The notes under the pieces are model-generated. The model had not been told where the DNA came from. It worked only from the letters and a program-made list of their open reading frames with translations, and did no database searches. Below are positions 27,177 through 40,420 of a DNA stretch of 64,000 bases, in pieces. Within the stretch, counting starts at the first letter, position 1; each line of letters opens with the position of its first letter. A program made the translations under genes and the position numbers. The stretch comes from Podarcis tiliguerta (lineage: Eukaryota), in assembly GCA_965153285.1 (NCBI GenBank), contig OZ229116.1; one strand, given 5' to 3'.

Positions 27177-27246
27177 TATGAATTAGGTTGGTGCTTTTAT
27201 CCCCATATTACAGAAGTGAGGTGGGGAATGCTGAGGCCAAGAGATA

Positions 27247-27603
27247 AAGGTAAAGGTACCCCTGCCCGTACGGGCCAGTCTTGACAGACTCTAGGGTTGT
27301 GCGCCCATCTCACTCAAGAGGCCGGGGGCCAGCGCTGTCTGGAGACACTTCCGGGTCACGTGGCCAGTGTGACATCGCTGCTCTGGCGAGCCAGAGCCGC
27401 ACACGGAAACGCCGTTTACCTTCCCGCTAGTAAGCGGTCCCTATTTATCTACTTGCACCCGGAGGTGCTTTCGAACTGCTAGGTTGGCAGGCGCTGGGAC
27501 CGAACAACGGGAGCGCACCCCGCCGCGGGGATTCGAACTGCCGACCTTTCGATCGGCAAGCCCTAGGCACTGAGGCTTTTACCCACAGCGCCACCTGCGT
27601 CCC
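27247..27603 (-). mobile_element. Sauria SINE, second subfamily
   Basis: Full length. TSD GAGGCCAAGAGATA. Confidence 0.95.
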
Positions 27604-27659
27604 GAGGCCAAGAGATAGTGGCTAGCAAATTCTTCATAGCTCCTAAGATGATACGTTTA

Positions 27660-27735
27660 TATTCCTGCATTGCTGGGGGTTGGACTACATGATGCTTGGG
27701 GTCCCTTCCAACTCTACTATTCTATGATTCTATGA
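27660..27735 (+). mobile_element. CR1-type 3' tail
   Basis: gtcccttccaactctactattctatgattctatga, with (ATTCTATG) terminal repeats. Confidence 0.75.
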
Positions 27736-27938
27736 ACCAGGGGTTTTCTAGGTTGCACTGAACCGTAAGGCACCATGCCTAACATATAACATACCACAGC
27801 TTCAGAAAATTTGGAAATACATCATACAAAAAATACATGTCTGCCCTACAATATATATTTACAACCAACCAGCCAATTAACTAACCAACCAACCAACCAA
27901 CCGTCTTAGTGTTTCAGTTAGTAGAGGACAGCCTATTA

Positions 27939-28164
27939 CAGTGGTACCTCGGGTTACATACGCTTCAGGTTACAGACTCCGCTAACCCAGAAATAGTACC
28001 TTGGGTTAAGAACTTTGCTTCAGGATGAGAACAGAAATCGGGCTCCGGCAGCGCAGCTGCAACAGGAGGCCCCATTAGCTAAAGTGGTGCTGCAGGTTAA
28101 GAACAGTTTCAGGTTAAGAGCGGACCTCCGGAACGAATTAAGTACTTAACCTGAGGTACCACTG
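27939..28164. mobile_element. Tigger/pogo-like MITE
   Basis: TIRs and TA TSD. Confidence 0.92.
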
Positions 28165-29366
28165 TATAGAAGAAATGAATATATCAGTGACAAACCTTCA
28201 AGAGTGGGTAGTTGTAGAGCTCCTAAAGTGATCTCTGGAATGGTCTTGGTTGTCATCATTGCAGAGTCAGGTGGTATATTTCCAAGGCAGAGATACAAGT
28301 TTTAGGGTTCAACTTCCGCAGGCAACAAGAGAGGAGAAGCAGGATGTTCTGGACCACAGTCTCAAAGCTAGTTGTGGGTTGGCCTGTTGCTCAAGAGTGT
28401 TGCGGGGTGGGTTCAGGTTGTCTCTTTCACAAGGCAACTCACATCAGAGTACAAGAGGAGCAGCACAAGGAATCAAGAGGCAGAGAATGCAAGGCGGGAG
28501 TTTCATGCTGCTCAGCTAATAATTCATTCCTGCTCAGGCTGCTTCTGTTCCACACTGTCCATATTGTTAGTGCTGGCTCAGAGTCCAAATTCAGCAATTT
28601 CAGATGAGGAACCAAAAAAGAGCCGCTGATTTCTTTTGCATTGATTTTGTATTCCTTTTCTTTTTGTTTTAATCAAACTTTATTCTGTGCCTGCAGATCA
28701 CAAACCATTCATTAGTTGAGCAGGGGTGGCACTTAAATTTTAATTATGTGTGCCCAGTTGTTGGAATGAGCAGAATCCGGAGCAGAATATATTTTGAAAA
28801 TATATTGTAGGACAGTTGTGTCTTAATTGCAATAGCTTTACAAAATGAAAAGCCCGAAAGCTTTAATATTGCAGATGTGAGATGTAATAACTAGAAAGCT
28901 GGAAAGATGCATAAATAGAAGCACCTTCTGTTTTAAGTAAAATATTCCAAAAATTATTTGCATGGGCATGCCACTAGTCCCCATGAAGGTGGCTTGCAAA
29001 GGTTTTATTTTCTTCTCTGCAGTTGAAGCCAGTGGCTTGATGTAAATACTGGGTGTAGTCAATGAATTTTTTTCCTTTTCTGTAGAAACAGCCTACTGGT
29101 GGCAACATCGAATCCAATCTGCCTTTGGGGCATTTGATGTTATGGATGCTTTCAGTCCCTAATTCTCAAATTGCTTTGTAAATTAAATCATTTCATGATG
29201 GTTTAAAAGTACTAGGCTCTGACACTAGGAGTTTATATATTCTGTGTTTGGTCAACAGAATGCAGGAAAGGCTCTCACACTTCAGCTGCATTTCCTCATC
29301 TGGAAAAAAGAAACCAAACTAACACTTCAGCATTGATTTGGAACTTATCTTTAGTGGTGTAGCCTT

Positions 29367-29370
<4 letters not shown>

Positions 29371-29423
<53 letters not shown>

Positions 29424-29431
29424 TGTGTGTG
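29371..29431. repeat. Compound (CT)n(GT)n microsatellite
   Basis: Read directly from the sequence. Confidence 0.95.
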
Positions 29432-29826
29432 TTATGGCAGTTGTTGCAGTTGACTCATGCAACAACGCAAATAAACTTTCACAGTTTTGAGGGCATTATG
29501 CTATCTTGAGCCAACACTGGGATATCTCAGGGTAGCAAAATGTTGTTCCTGTGTGGTGTCAGAAGAGAAGTATTTAAAGGGTTCCCAGAATCAATTTTGT
29601 TTTAAAAACTCCATGAGACATTACTTTTTCTCCAATACTTTCCATTGGCTGGGGCACAAAATCCTCCCAATGTTAAACATCAATAGATTTATTGGGTATG
29701 TAATATGTCCTGACCTCTTTTTTGCTTTCTGAAAGAAAACTCTGTGTGGGGTACATTAATATGCTTCCTTGTATTAGGTTCTTGGTTGTTTTTTCCTTTT
29801 GTCACCCCCCCCCCTTTTTTTTTCTT

Positions 29827-29994
29827 AAGTAGATAAATAGGTACCGCTCCAGCGGGAAGGTAAACAGCGTTTCCGTGTGCTGCTCTGGTTTCGCCAGAAG
29901 CGGCTTAGTCATGCTAGCCAATAAAGCAAGATGAGTGCCGCAATCCCAGAGTCGTCCGTGACTGGACCTAATGGTCAAGGGTCCCTTTACCTTT
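29827..29994 (+). mobile_element. Sauria SINE, 5'-truncated with internal deletion
   Basis: 3' half only. The segment between two GCCA motifs is missing relative to the full copies. Confidence 0.88.
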
Positions 29995-31651
29995 GCTTTA
30001 CATTACCCCAATAGCAAAAGGTAATACATCTCTTAGGATGTTTTACATCCTGGGCTCTTTTTTGCTTCCAGAAAGAAAACTTAAAATGGTAAGTGGTTGA
30101 AATTTGATGGCCTTGTGTTACTACTGCGCAGGTGACAAAATGTCCTGGAAGGATTATGCTGTAGGGCTTTTCCTGTGTAAGTTCTGCGACGAAACGTGCG
30201 CCTGGGGTAAAACTTTGCCCCAGGGTTAATGCTGATTTCACCAAAGCGAATTTTCATCCTCGGACAACCATGATTAACTGCTGGTTTTGTAACACCACTG
30301 GCAGCTGCTACGCCGGTGTCAGATGCATAGCCTTATTTCCCGAGTTGGCTTGTCAAAGAATGGAGACAAAAAGAAAAAAAAGCAACCCCCACAGGAGCTG
30401 TCTTTTGGGTTATTGCAAAACAGTGTGTAAGTGAATTAAGTCGGAGACGCCAAGACTAATTGCTATAACGTTTCCCAGGCGGGCCTAAGCTTAGCAAGCC
30501 CCAGAATGGAGCGGGTGTTCCCAGACTGCCATATAAATAGCCCCGCCTCTTAATCAAGGGAAAGTATTTCAGTCCCTGCAGACATTCCCTGCCGGTCTCG
30601 CAACCCCAGAGCCTTCCAGCATTGCTCCCAAGGAACAAGGGCAGCAGGAGTTCCCTCTTGTCACGCGACCAGAGGCTTCAAATGTTTCCCAGTCTATGAC
30701 TTCAGCTTCCACCATGCTGGTAATTTCTGATAGCTCCTAGGCAACATGGAGTCAGTGGGGCAAAACACTGAAATAACATTGGTGTAGCTCTGCTATGGCC
30801 CTCCTGTTAACCTCTGAATGCAGGCAAGGAGGTAGAAGCTGAAAGATGGTGGAAGCTCGTGGCTGAGGTCACATTTCAAGTGGAGCTGGCACGCATCACA
30901 CAAGGCCAGAGTAAGGCTGGAACCCACGGCTGTTGGTTCGTAATGCAGTTGCGCTAGAAGGAAAGACAGGAAGCATGAAGACACAGCTACGCATGTTGGC
31001 TGTGTGTGTGTGTTTGATGCATAAAATGATGCACATGTTCTCAGCTCCTTTGTTCTAGCAATGTAGAATTTGCCAAAAGGTACTTGACTATGGCAGTGCC
31101 CTGCCAAAAAGCTATTTCCTTGCAGCAGTGCTCCAGATGTGTCACCCCACTTGGTGGGGTGGTACCCCAAGTGGTAATGAAGTTTCAGCTGTTTAAAATG
31201 TACTGTGTGGGGGTAGGGGGTAGAAGGATCTGTCAATTTCAGCCTTCTCAGGTTCTCATTTCCCTAAGCTTAAATTCAGTTCTGCACATTTCTGCAATAA
31301 TCTCTTATTTTAAAAAAAAAATCCCATGAAATTTATTCAGTGTTTTAGCGTATTATTATTATTATTGGCATGTCACCCTTTATCTGTAGATCTCAGGGCA
31401 GTTTATCCTAATAAACACATTTTGTATGCACTTTTGACTATTGTACACATTTTCTGCAAGCAATTTCTCCCGATCAAATGCATTTTGGTGTGGTAATTTT
31501 CATTGATAGATGCATTTTCTGTGGTTGGCAAATGTGTACAATTTCCTCCTAACATAGGCATTTTTGTAAAACTTGTTTGGTTGGAGAACTGCAATCACAA
31601 CATTTGGATGAGTGCAAAATTCAAAGAATAGATTTCACTCTCTTACCTCTG

Positions 31652-31779
31652 TCATAGAACACAGAATTGTAGAGTTGGAAGGAACCACGTCCAAACCCCT
31701 GTAATCTTTCACCCAGTGTGGGGCCTGAACCCTCGACCCTGAGATAAATGGTCTTATGCTTTACCTACTGAGCTATCCC
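31652..31779 (-). mobile_element. Degenerate tRNA-Lys/CR1-tail SINE
   Basis: Same head and tail arrangement as 7446-7578. Confidence 0.7.
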
Positions 31780-33299
31780 TCAGGTGTGTTTCAGTTTGTT
31801 GTTTTGGAAAGTGCAAATCTGATACATTCAGCTGAACTGAATCTAATTTCTCCCCTATCCCTAGTGTGGAATAACAAAGCGTGAAAGCATTTGTTGGTTG
31901 CCACCATATGAAACCTGTAAGGTTTTAATTAAGCCCAGAGGAGACAGAGACAGACAGTTGCTCAACACTGCAACAGCTTGTCTTTGGAGGAGAGGTGTAT
32001 CCTTCTTTATCGGAAGTATTTAACCCAGAGATAGATGACTATCAAGGAATCTATACTTGGATTTATTTGCATGTCCTGATTTGAACAGAGGGTTGTGTTA
32101 GATGACTTCTGAGATCCCTTCCAAATGTAGAATCCCATGATTCTATGAAAGTTTTGCTTTGCATCAACCAGATAGTTAAAAATTGCCAATTGTAGATCCC
32201 AACCATAAGGAACTTTGCCTGTCTCCCCTTGATATTAATATCCTGGTTTTCTGCCGAGGGGTATAATCTCAGGAGGTCTAAACCATCTTTTTCTTCTTCT
32301 TCCGAATGCATCAATCAGCCACATCAGTGACATTCTAAATATCTGGACCAATATTTAATTAAAAGGATGGATTGCATCAAAATGCAGTTGTAAACAGAAA
32401 CTACTTTGTTGCTTTGATGTTTTGGCAGCATCCAACAGAACAACAACAACAACAACAAAGGCCTGTTTGCTGAATTTCATTGCCCCAATGTATGTGAACT
32501 GCAAAGCTGCCAGTTCAAAATCTGACCTATAAAGCAGGCACTGATATTAAGTAGAGCTACTTACCCTGTTCTATGGAGCCGCAACATTTTGAAAAAAGGG
32601 CTTTCAAAAATCCTTTAAAGACAAAGAACATGTGTGCATACATACTTGGTACATTTACCGTGTGTGTGCGTGCGTGCGTGCGTGCCTCACTTACTTTCAA
32701 AGTGGACAGTGCCCAAAACGCCCCCACTCCTTTCATGGTCTCCCAAGATAGAAACATGCCAACGAGTAATTGAGGTGTTGGCACCCAGAGAAACTGAGGT
32801 GTGACTCAAATCAGTTCTCTGTGAATATCAGAATTATGAGACACCAGAGCAAGCACAACACAATGTCAGGCAGTTGGATCCTAATTGACACAAAGTCTGA
32901 GGCAAATATTCGCCTTAAAAATGTACACATACATACAATGTTATTGTTAAAGCAACACTTGGGTCCCAGTACAAGTGTGTCATTTTCAGGGTGTCACGTT
33001 ATCAAGGTTTTGGTCCATAAAGGCAGCGGCCTACTAAGCTAGCTTTCCCGCCTCGCAAAAGCATTTCTGAACTCAGTTACTATTTGAGGGGAGATCACGT
33101 GGGCCCACTGCTCATATTGTTTATTTTTTGCTTCTAAAATGGCGTAACTGCAGCTCAGTGATAGGGACCACACTTGGCAGAAGGTGTCCTGCTCAGTTTT
33201 CTAGGTCTCCAATTTAAAGCATCTCTAGTAGCAAAGATTTCTGCAGGGCCTTGGAAAGCAGCTGCCAGTCAGGATAGGTGGGGGAAATGGTATAGATGT

Positions 33300-33300
33300 A

Positions 33301-33335
<35 letters not shown>

Positions 33336-33366
33336 TACTACTACTATTACTATTATTACTATTATT
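33300..33366. repeat. (ATT)n/(ACT)n microsatellite, likely the tail of a minus-strand L2-like fragment extending to ~33460
   Basis: Read directly. It explains the poly-Tyr and poly-Ile ORFs in the track. Confidence 0.9.
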
Positions 33367-34234
33367 TGCTGCCCATCAGACTCAGTTGCCCCAGCCACTC
33401 TGGGCAGCTCCCAACAAAACAATATTAAAAACATAATACATTACACACTGAAAACTTCCTGGCCCAGAGCATTCTAACAGAAGCTTTCAAAGAATTCAAA
33501 AATACAGCTCTGTAGAACAAAACAAATCAAAAAGTAGCAAGACCATGCAGCATCTCAAATGCAGTTACACACAATCAGAGATTCTTATTTTTTATAATTA
33601 GGCTCCTGTACGAAATTATGGAGGAAAGTGGAAGGAGACATAAGCTGTTATTCTGTCACTCACAACTAGTTCTGCCTTATTATGAAGTGAGCTAGAACCA
33701 CGTCACACGAGTTTCCTCAAAAGCTGGCATTAGCATTGTTTACTTGTGTGACTGAGTCATGCAGAGGGCAGCATAAAAGAGCAGCAAGGTGAGTAGCTGC
33801 TCTCCGCCAAGCCTTGGGAAGACTTGCCAGCTTTTCATTCAGTGCAGTGTGGCTGAAGAGGATATCCTGTTGGACCAGTGATAACAAGGGAAATAAAATC
33901 ACTTCCTCACCAGCTGTTTGATTCAGGTAGAGAGAGAAAGAGAAAAAAGGAAGTCGACTTCCTCTGGGTGTGCACTCTGCCCACCACCCCCTCACTCATT
34001 AATGCAAAGTGCAGCACCAGAGAAACCACTCACTCCCCTATTTTATATGCAGCACAGATCAATAACAGAGCACTGAACTAGAGCAAATAGGAAGTTCTGG
34101 GTCTTCGCTGCATAGGAGCTGCATTTTAGTCCATGGCAGCCAATGGTACAGAACAGGGTGCTGACACTGATCTATTGTAGTGCTGCCTGTCTGTGGCATA
34201 GTGTGGGTTGCCACTGCCCAGCGCAAGGAAAATA

Positions 34235-34763
34235 TCGCATTTACTTGAATCTAATGCACACCTCAAGGGGACACGGGTGGCGCTGTGGGTTAAACCACAG
34301 AGCCTAGGACTTGCTGATCAGAATGTTGGTGGTTCGAATCCCCGTGACGGGGTGAGCTCCCGTTGCTCGGTCCCTGCTCCTGCCAACCTAGCAGTTTGAA
34401 AGCACGTCAAAGTGCAAGTACATAAATAGGTGCCGCTCCAGCGGGAAGGTAAACGGCATTTCCGTGCACTGCTCTGGTTCGCCAGAAGCGGCTTAGTCTT
34501 GCTGGCCACATGACCCGGCAGCTGTACGCCGGCTCCCTCGGCCAATAAAGCGAGATGAGCACCACCACCCCGGAGTCGGTTACGACTGGACCTAATGGTC
34601 AGGGGTCCCTTTACCTTTAATGTGCACCTCAATTTGCAAAACCTTGAAGCCAAAAGAGTATTTGCTGGCGAATGTAAATGTGCCATCAAATCGAATGTGC
34701 ACCCTAATTTCCAATACGTAATTTGGCCAAAAAGAGGTGTGCATTACATTCGAGTGAATACGG
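34235..34763. mobile_element. TcMar-Tc2-like MITE, interrupted by a Sauria SINE
   Basis: Inverted ends TCGCATTTACTTGAATCTAATGCACACC / GGTGTGCATTACATTCGAGTGAATACGG with TA flanks. Confidence 0.7.
34268..34618 (+). mobile_element. Sauria SINE (nested in the Tc2-like MITE)
   Basis: Full length. Imperfect TSD TAATGCACACCTCAA/TAATGTGCACCTCAA. Confidence 0.95.
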
Positions 34764-35825
34764 TATTGCACCCCCTAAGGCAAGTATTGTGCCCTCTACA
34801 GGGTGTCTCTATTCGGCACTGCTGTTGCCAGATGTAGCAGTGGCAGGACATGCATGTGTGTCTCCTTGGGCTAGGGCACCACCATGAGTCCCGCTGTCTG
34901 CCCACCTCCCCTGCTGGTGGGGGGCACTGTGCAGCCAATGGATGCCAGGAACCGTCCTCTCCCAGCTCTTGTTTGGTGTGCTGCTCAAGTGAGGCGGGTG
35001 GGCAGGATGGGGAGAGTGCCTCCAGTTGGAGTGGCAGCTGCAGAGGTGTGCCTCTAACCAATTTTCTTTTGTGCCCGAGGCAATTGCCCCAGTAGCCCTC
35101 CTCAAGCTATGCCTCTGCTGTCTGTTCCAATCGGCAAAGGTCTTCCAAGCTTATTGCCTATTTTCAAACAGAGATGCCAGTGTTTGAACTGTATACAGAT
35201 AACATGTGCCTCTCCCTTTTTTGGCACCTCATTTAAGTGAAACTAAATCACGTGAAGATAATTGAGGATAGGGACTAATTTTAGACGCAACACCTGCCGT
35301 GTAAAACATCCCTTCCCCAAACCTGTACTGATGTAGCCCCTTCACCCTTTAAATGTGATGCTTAGCATAAGAGGGCTTCAACGGGAAACAGTTTTTTTAT
35401 GGTGGTGATGCATGAGGAAGGCACCACATCAAAATGTTCCTGTGCTTCCGAGTAAATATATTTAAGAACAGGGATGCAAATCCGTACATCAGTAAAATAC
35501 AGTCTTAAAAGCTACCATCCAAAAACCAACAGCGGCTTACAAAAAGCAGCATCTCAAATAATTAAAGGTTGGAGCTGTGGGTTTGCATACGCCTTCCAGT
35601 TGGCTCGGATTTCTCCTGTCGGGCTTAAGCAAGGCTCTCTTAACCAAGATCTGAAACCAGGATTTGAGGCTCCTTCCATAGTTAAGAGGGAACCTCATTA
35701 ATTGACCGTGACCTTAATGCCAATGTAAAACTAAGCTAGAGGCTGGTGGTGTGGAGGGCTGCTGGGAGACAGAGAAGAGGGCTGGGTCTCTCAGAACCAT
35801 GACTCAGAGCTGCATTGGTTGTATA

Positions 35826-36177
35826 AAAAAGGTAAAGGGACCCCTGACCGTTAGGTCCAGTCGTGGACGACTCTGGGGTTGCGGCGCTCATCTCGCTTTA
35901 CTGGCCGAGGGAGCAAGTGTACAGCTTCTGGGTCATGTGGCCAGCATGACTACACCGCTTCTGGCGAACCAGAGCAGAGCATGGAAACGCCATTTACCTT
36001 CCCACTGGAGCAGTACCTATTTATCTACTTGCACTTTGATGTGCTTTCGAACTGCTAGGCTGGCAGGAGCAGGGACCGAGCAACAGGAGCTCACCCCATC
36101 GCAGGGATTCGAATCACCGACTTTCTGATTGGCAAGCCCTAGGCTCTGTGGTTTAGACCACAGCGCCACCCACGTCC
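35826..36177 (-). mobile_element. Sauria SINE
   Basis: Full length. TSD TGCATTGGTTGTATA. Confidence 0.95.
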
Positions 36178-36966
36178 TGCATTGGTTGTATACCTTGTCC
36201 TTTTTAGTACATTCCATTTGTCAAACATATGAATTAGGTGGCCAGAGGCAATGCCATTTCGAAACCTTTTCTCCTGGCTTTCCCAGAGCAATCGTTCAGC
36301 TGTTCCGTAACCCTTCCCTTGCAAAGCCCCTGCTGGCTTGCCAAGCCAAACTTAGGAAACAAATATGCTGTTAGCTGTTGGAGAGCTACAAATCTTTTAC
36401 ATCTGAAGCTGCTCCCTTGAACTCAGTGGGGCTTACTTTTGAGTAGGCAGCGTAGGACTGTACTGCACATCTCTCTCATGGGCCTTTAGGCTTTGTGCTT
36501 GCACTCAGGCCAAAACATTTGCGCCAGATATTCCTCAGCTCTAGCAGCATAAATAGTTGTGGTGGACCACAGCTCAAGGGATGGGGCAGAAATTAGACTC
36601 AGTTTGCATTTAAAGGCAGACTTACCCACTCACACTTTTCAAAACAGTGTGCAAACTGTTGCACAGCCACCCTTCAAAATTCACACTTCTTTAAATCTTG
36701 CAATGCAGTTCCCCAGCCAAGAATTGTGCATGCAAAACAGAAGGCTTATACAGGGATAAAGTGTGCATAAAAATGCACACATTAGTGAAAATAACATACA
36801 AAAGTATGTTATTACTTGGACTCATTCCAGTCTGGCTTCAGTCTGACTATGGAACTGGAACTGCCCTGGTTGATGACGTTTTAGGCCCTGCCTTATTTTT
36901 GCTACTGCAAACCATAAATGAATGGTTTTTATCGTTGTGTTTTAACAATTGTAACTCTCCCTAGGA

Positions 36967-37103
36967 CAGGGATCCCCCAAACTCTTCCCCCCAGCTGTTT
37001 TGGGACTACAGTTGCCATCATCCCTGACCACTGATCCTGTTAGCTAGGGATGATGGAAGCTGTAGTCCCAAAACAGCTGGAGGGCCGGGTTTGAGGGTGC
37101 CTG
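36967..37103. mobile_element. Palindromic hAT MITE
   Basis: Same core as 5514-5649. TSD CCCTAGGA/CCCTAGCA. Confidence 0.85.
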
Positions 37104-38769
37104 CCCTAGCACCTTAGGGTGAAGGGTGAGTTATTTTTTATTATTAATTCTATCCTATCCTATTCTTATATTATGTTTGGAGAAATTGCTTTGCAAAAAT
37201 GTGCATGCATATTGGGCAAAAATGCATACAAAAATTAGGAGAAATCTGCTGATGAATTTTCTTGAGTTTGGTTTTTTAATTGCAAACTGATGTGGAAAGG
37301 TGGAGAACTGAACCTGAGAATGGAAAAAATGAGAAACAGAAACGGACAAGTTTGTCAATTCCTACAATGCTCGTACAAAAACAACAACCTTCTCTCTGCC
37401 TAAGGCCTTGGAGAACCAATGCCAGTCAGAGAAGAACAGTACCAGGTTAGATGGACCAATGACCTCACCTGGTATAAAGCATCTTCATATGTTTTGATGG
37501 GATCAGTCTAGGAAGTCAGCAATGGTTCGTGTCTGCTCATTTCCTCTCCTTCCATGGGACAGAAGAAGGAGACACCAAGTGTGTAGCTGGTTCCCAAGTG
37601 TGTAGCTGTTCCCCCAAACATGTCCCTCCTCAACCCTGCCCTCCCAAAGACTCTGCTTGCGAGACATCACCTATGCAAATCAGTGGGTCTTTTTCAGCTG
37701 CCCACCTCCCACTTCCCTGTTGGTTTAGTGCATAAAATGGGTCCGGGTGTTTGTTTAAATCAGGTTTTCAGACTTAAACAAATAGTGACAGGCTGTTCAA
37801 ACAAGCTTCGGAAATAGGTCTAATCAGGATGTTTGAGAAAGCACCAAAGAGGAAAGGAAAGGACCCATAAAACAGTTACTTAGAATATATGGCGCAGTCG
37901 CCATAAGGTAGACGTTGATGTTATTGTTGTCATAGTCTCAATAAGAACAGGGATTTCCCGCTGTGCATTTTCTGCTTATGTTTCTTTACCCGTCACCATA
38001 ACTCAGAGCTTTAACATTGTCTCAATGTCACTGCAGCCCACCCTCGCTCGGTCTGCCCTCTTTCATGCTTAGCACAGACAACCCACTACCTATGAGATTA
38101 AAAGGGGGGGGGGGAGGCGAAACTGACAAATCAGAAAACAAGTCAATCTAATTTTGCAATGACTTCATCTTCTTGTTGACTTCCGTAGCTTTAGAAATCC
38201 ATAGATGAGCACCAATACTTGCATTTCCTCTGTTTTTATTTTTTTAAAAATAACCTTATTGGAATTGCATCTCACTTGCCATTTTTAATCCAACTTGTCT
38301 ACTCCATTTCCAAAGCAAAGCATTGGCTAAAATGATCAAGAGGAAAACTCTGCAGCAATGACATCAGAGTTCTGCAAGGTTTGCTTGCACTCCACATTAT
38401 AGCGCTGGTATATAGTATTCAGAAGTATTGGGGGGTTTTTTTTGGGGGGGGTGACTCAATTAGTTAAATAGTGCAGGAAAGTACATGACTTACAGTCCAG
38501 CATTAGTGCAGCCAAATATTAAGGCTATCATTACAAAATAAAATAAAATTGTGGTGGTTTCTTTAGTTGAGTCATCCTGAATAGGACTTTCTTTGGGGCA
38601 GTTTTACCCATGCCCGGTTTGTCACTAGATTGCTCAACACTTCGCTGATTGTGTATGTATTTCCCCGACTTGAATAGGGCTTTTCACAAAACAGCTCCAA
38701 CGCATTAAAAATCATAGAACAATTTAATTGGCGTAAAAAACCCCCACCATAAACGCAAATCAATAAACT

Positions 38770-39017
38770 GAGCCAGTATGGTGTAGTGGTTAAGAGCGGT
38801 AGTCATGTAATCTGGGTAACCGGGTTCGCGTCTCCGCTCCTCCACATGCAGCTGCTGGGTGACCTTGGGCCAGTCACACTTCTTTGAAGTCTCTCAGCCC
38901 CACTCACCTCACAGAGTGTTTGTTGTGGGGGAGGAAGGGAAAGGAGATTGTTAGCCGCTTTGAGACTCCTGAAGGGGAGTGAAAGGCGGGATATCAAATC
39001 CAAACTCTTCTTCTTCT
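38770..39017 (+). mobile_element. tRNA-derived SINE (Squam3-like)
   Basis: Same family as 15255-15506. (CTT)n tail. Confidence 0.85.
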
Positions 39018-40194
39018 GAAAGAATGAGCAAGCAACCAAAGGCATGTTGTCCTTCACCCTGCTTGTTGAGAGGAAGGTCCATAAAATGTGGAAGAAATGG
39101 TCCATAGCAGTGTTCCTTGTAGAGGCCAGGCTCGCCTCTAAAAAGTAGGGCCATAGGTCTCTTTGAATTGAAATAACCCAGGACTCAAGGCACTTAGGGT
39201 TTTGTGGGTCAAAGGCAACATCTTGACTTGAACCAGGAAGCCTCCCGGTAACCAGTGATGACTTGCTCATCAATACGAGGAAAGATTCCATTGGACAGCT
39301 GGTGTCTGAGGTGATGTGGAAGCCTGATCATATGCAGGTCAACACCATAGCTGTCAAGTACTAAACACACATGTGTGAATGAGCTCCTTACCTCCAATAA
39401 CAGCTTAGAATATATGAGGCGAAGTCCTTGCACAACTTTATGAGGAGATGCGAAGCACCTGCACACATCTAACCAAGCAAATCCCTTCGAGGCCCAGACT
39501 TCAGCCATCTTGTAGCCATTGCTCATCAACACTGTAGATGGTTCTCGCATGCCCAGTTGTCCCTCATCTCCCCTCCTACCCAACTTTTCAGGAGAAAGCT
39601 AGGGACCAGTGGAGTACATTTAAAAGGCTATTTCCTTGTAACTCTAGAAGCACATGTTAAACCATTTCCCCCCTGACATCAGGTGAGGAGACCAAGGAGA
39701 TGACAAGGGTCTGGTTGTTGGCTTTTGAACCATGACCTGTGCACTGCCTTGTTGATACTGTCTGTACATGCGCAGGCAAAGACAACTCAGCAACTCTCTG
39801 GGTTGCAACCTGGCAGCAGATAAAATGAAGGGCTATTTTGGAAATGTGTTGTTTGCTCTTTCCTCTTATTTTAGACATTTTATTCTTTTGATTGTTTTAT
39901 TAATGATACATCTTAACTAGCTGGAACATAATGTAACTTAACTAATTCCAAATACAAAAGATTAACCTTTTATGCCAGTTCATTTTTCTTTGTAATCCAA
40001 AACAACAAACAAACCTTAAATGATTGCGCTTAAGCTTGCAGATGTTCGATCTGTTGGAATCACAGCTGAGAAACTGCACTTAGGGAAGCCACAATCCAGA
40101 AAAGAAAAAAAAAAGGCAGTCTTGAAGCTGTTTCTTTCAGTGAGGATATCTAACCCTGACTTCTGCAGACTCGTGTGTAGGACTGTGGCCAGTA

Positions 40195-40420
40195 CAGTGG
40201 TACCTCAGGTTACAGACGCTTCAGGTTACAGACTCCACTAACCCAGAAATAGTACCTCAGGTTAAGAACTTTGCTTCAGGATGAGAACAGAAATTTCGCA
40301 GTGGCAGTGTGGCGGCGGCGAGAGGTCCCATTAGCTAAAGTGGTACCTCAGGTTAAGAACAGTTTCAGGTTAAGAACGGACCTCCAGAATGAATTAAGTT
40401 CTTAACCTGAGGTACCACTG
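40195..40420. mobile_element. Tigger/pogo-like MITE
   Basis: TIRs and TA TSD. Confidence 0.92.

Larger units (their letters stand above)
34191..35117. mobile_element. Older hAT-type element of the same terminal family as 51071-52274, with nested insertions
   Basis: Left end CTGTGGCATAGTGTGGGTTG matches CAGTGGCGTAGCGTGGGTTG at 17/20. Right end is GCTATGCCTCTG. TSD CTGCCTGT/CTGTCTGT (7/8). Confidence 0.7.

Noticed and set aside
33174-33434. Poly-Tyr and poly-Ile ORFs
   Set aside because: Translations of an (ATT)n microsatellite.
1843-36177. Strand bias of Sauria SINEs in the BCL2 intron
   Set aside because: 4 sense versus 5 antisense copies, so no bias.
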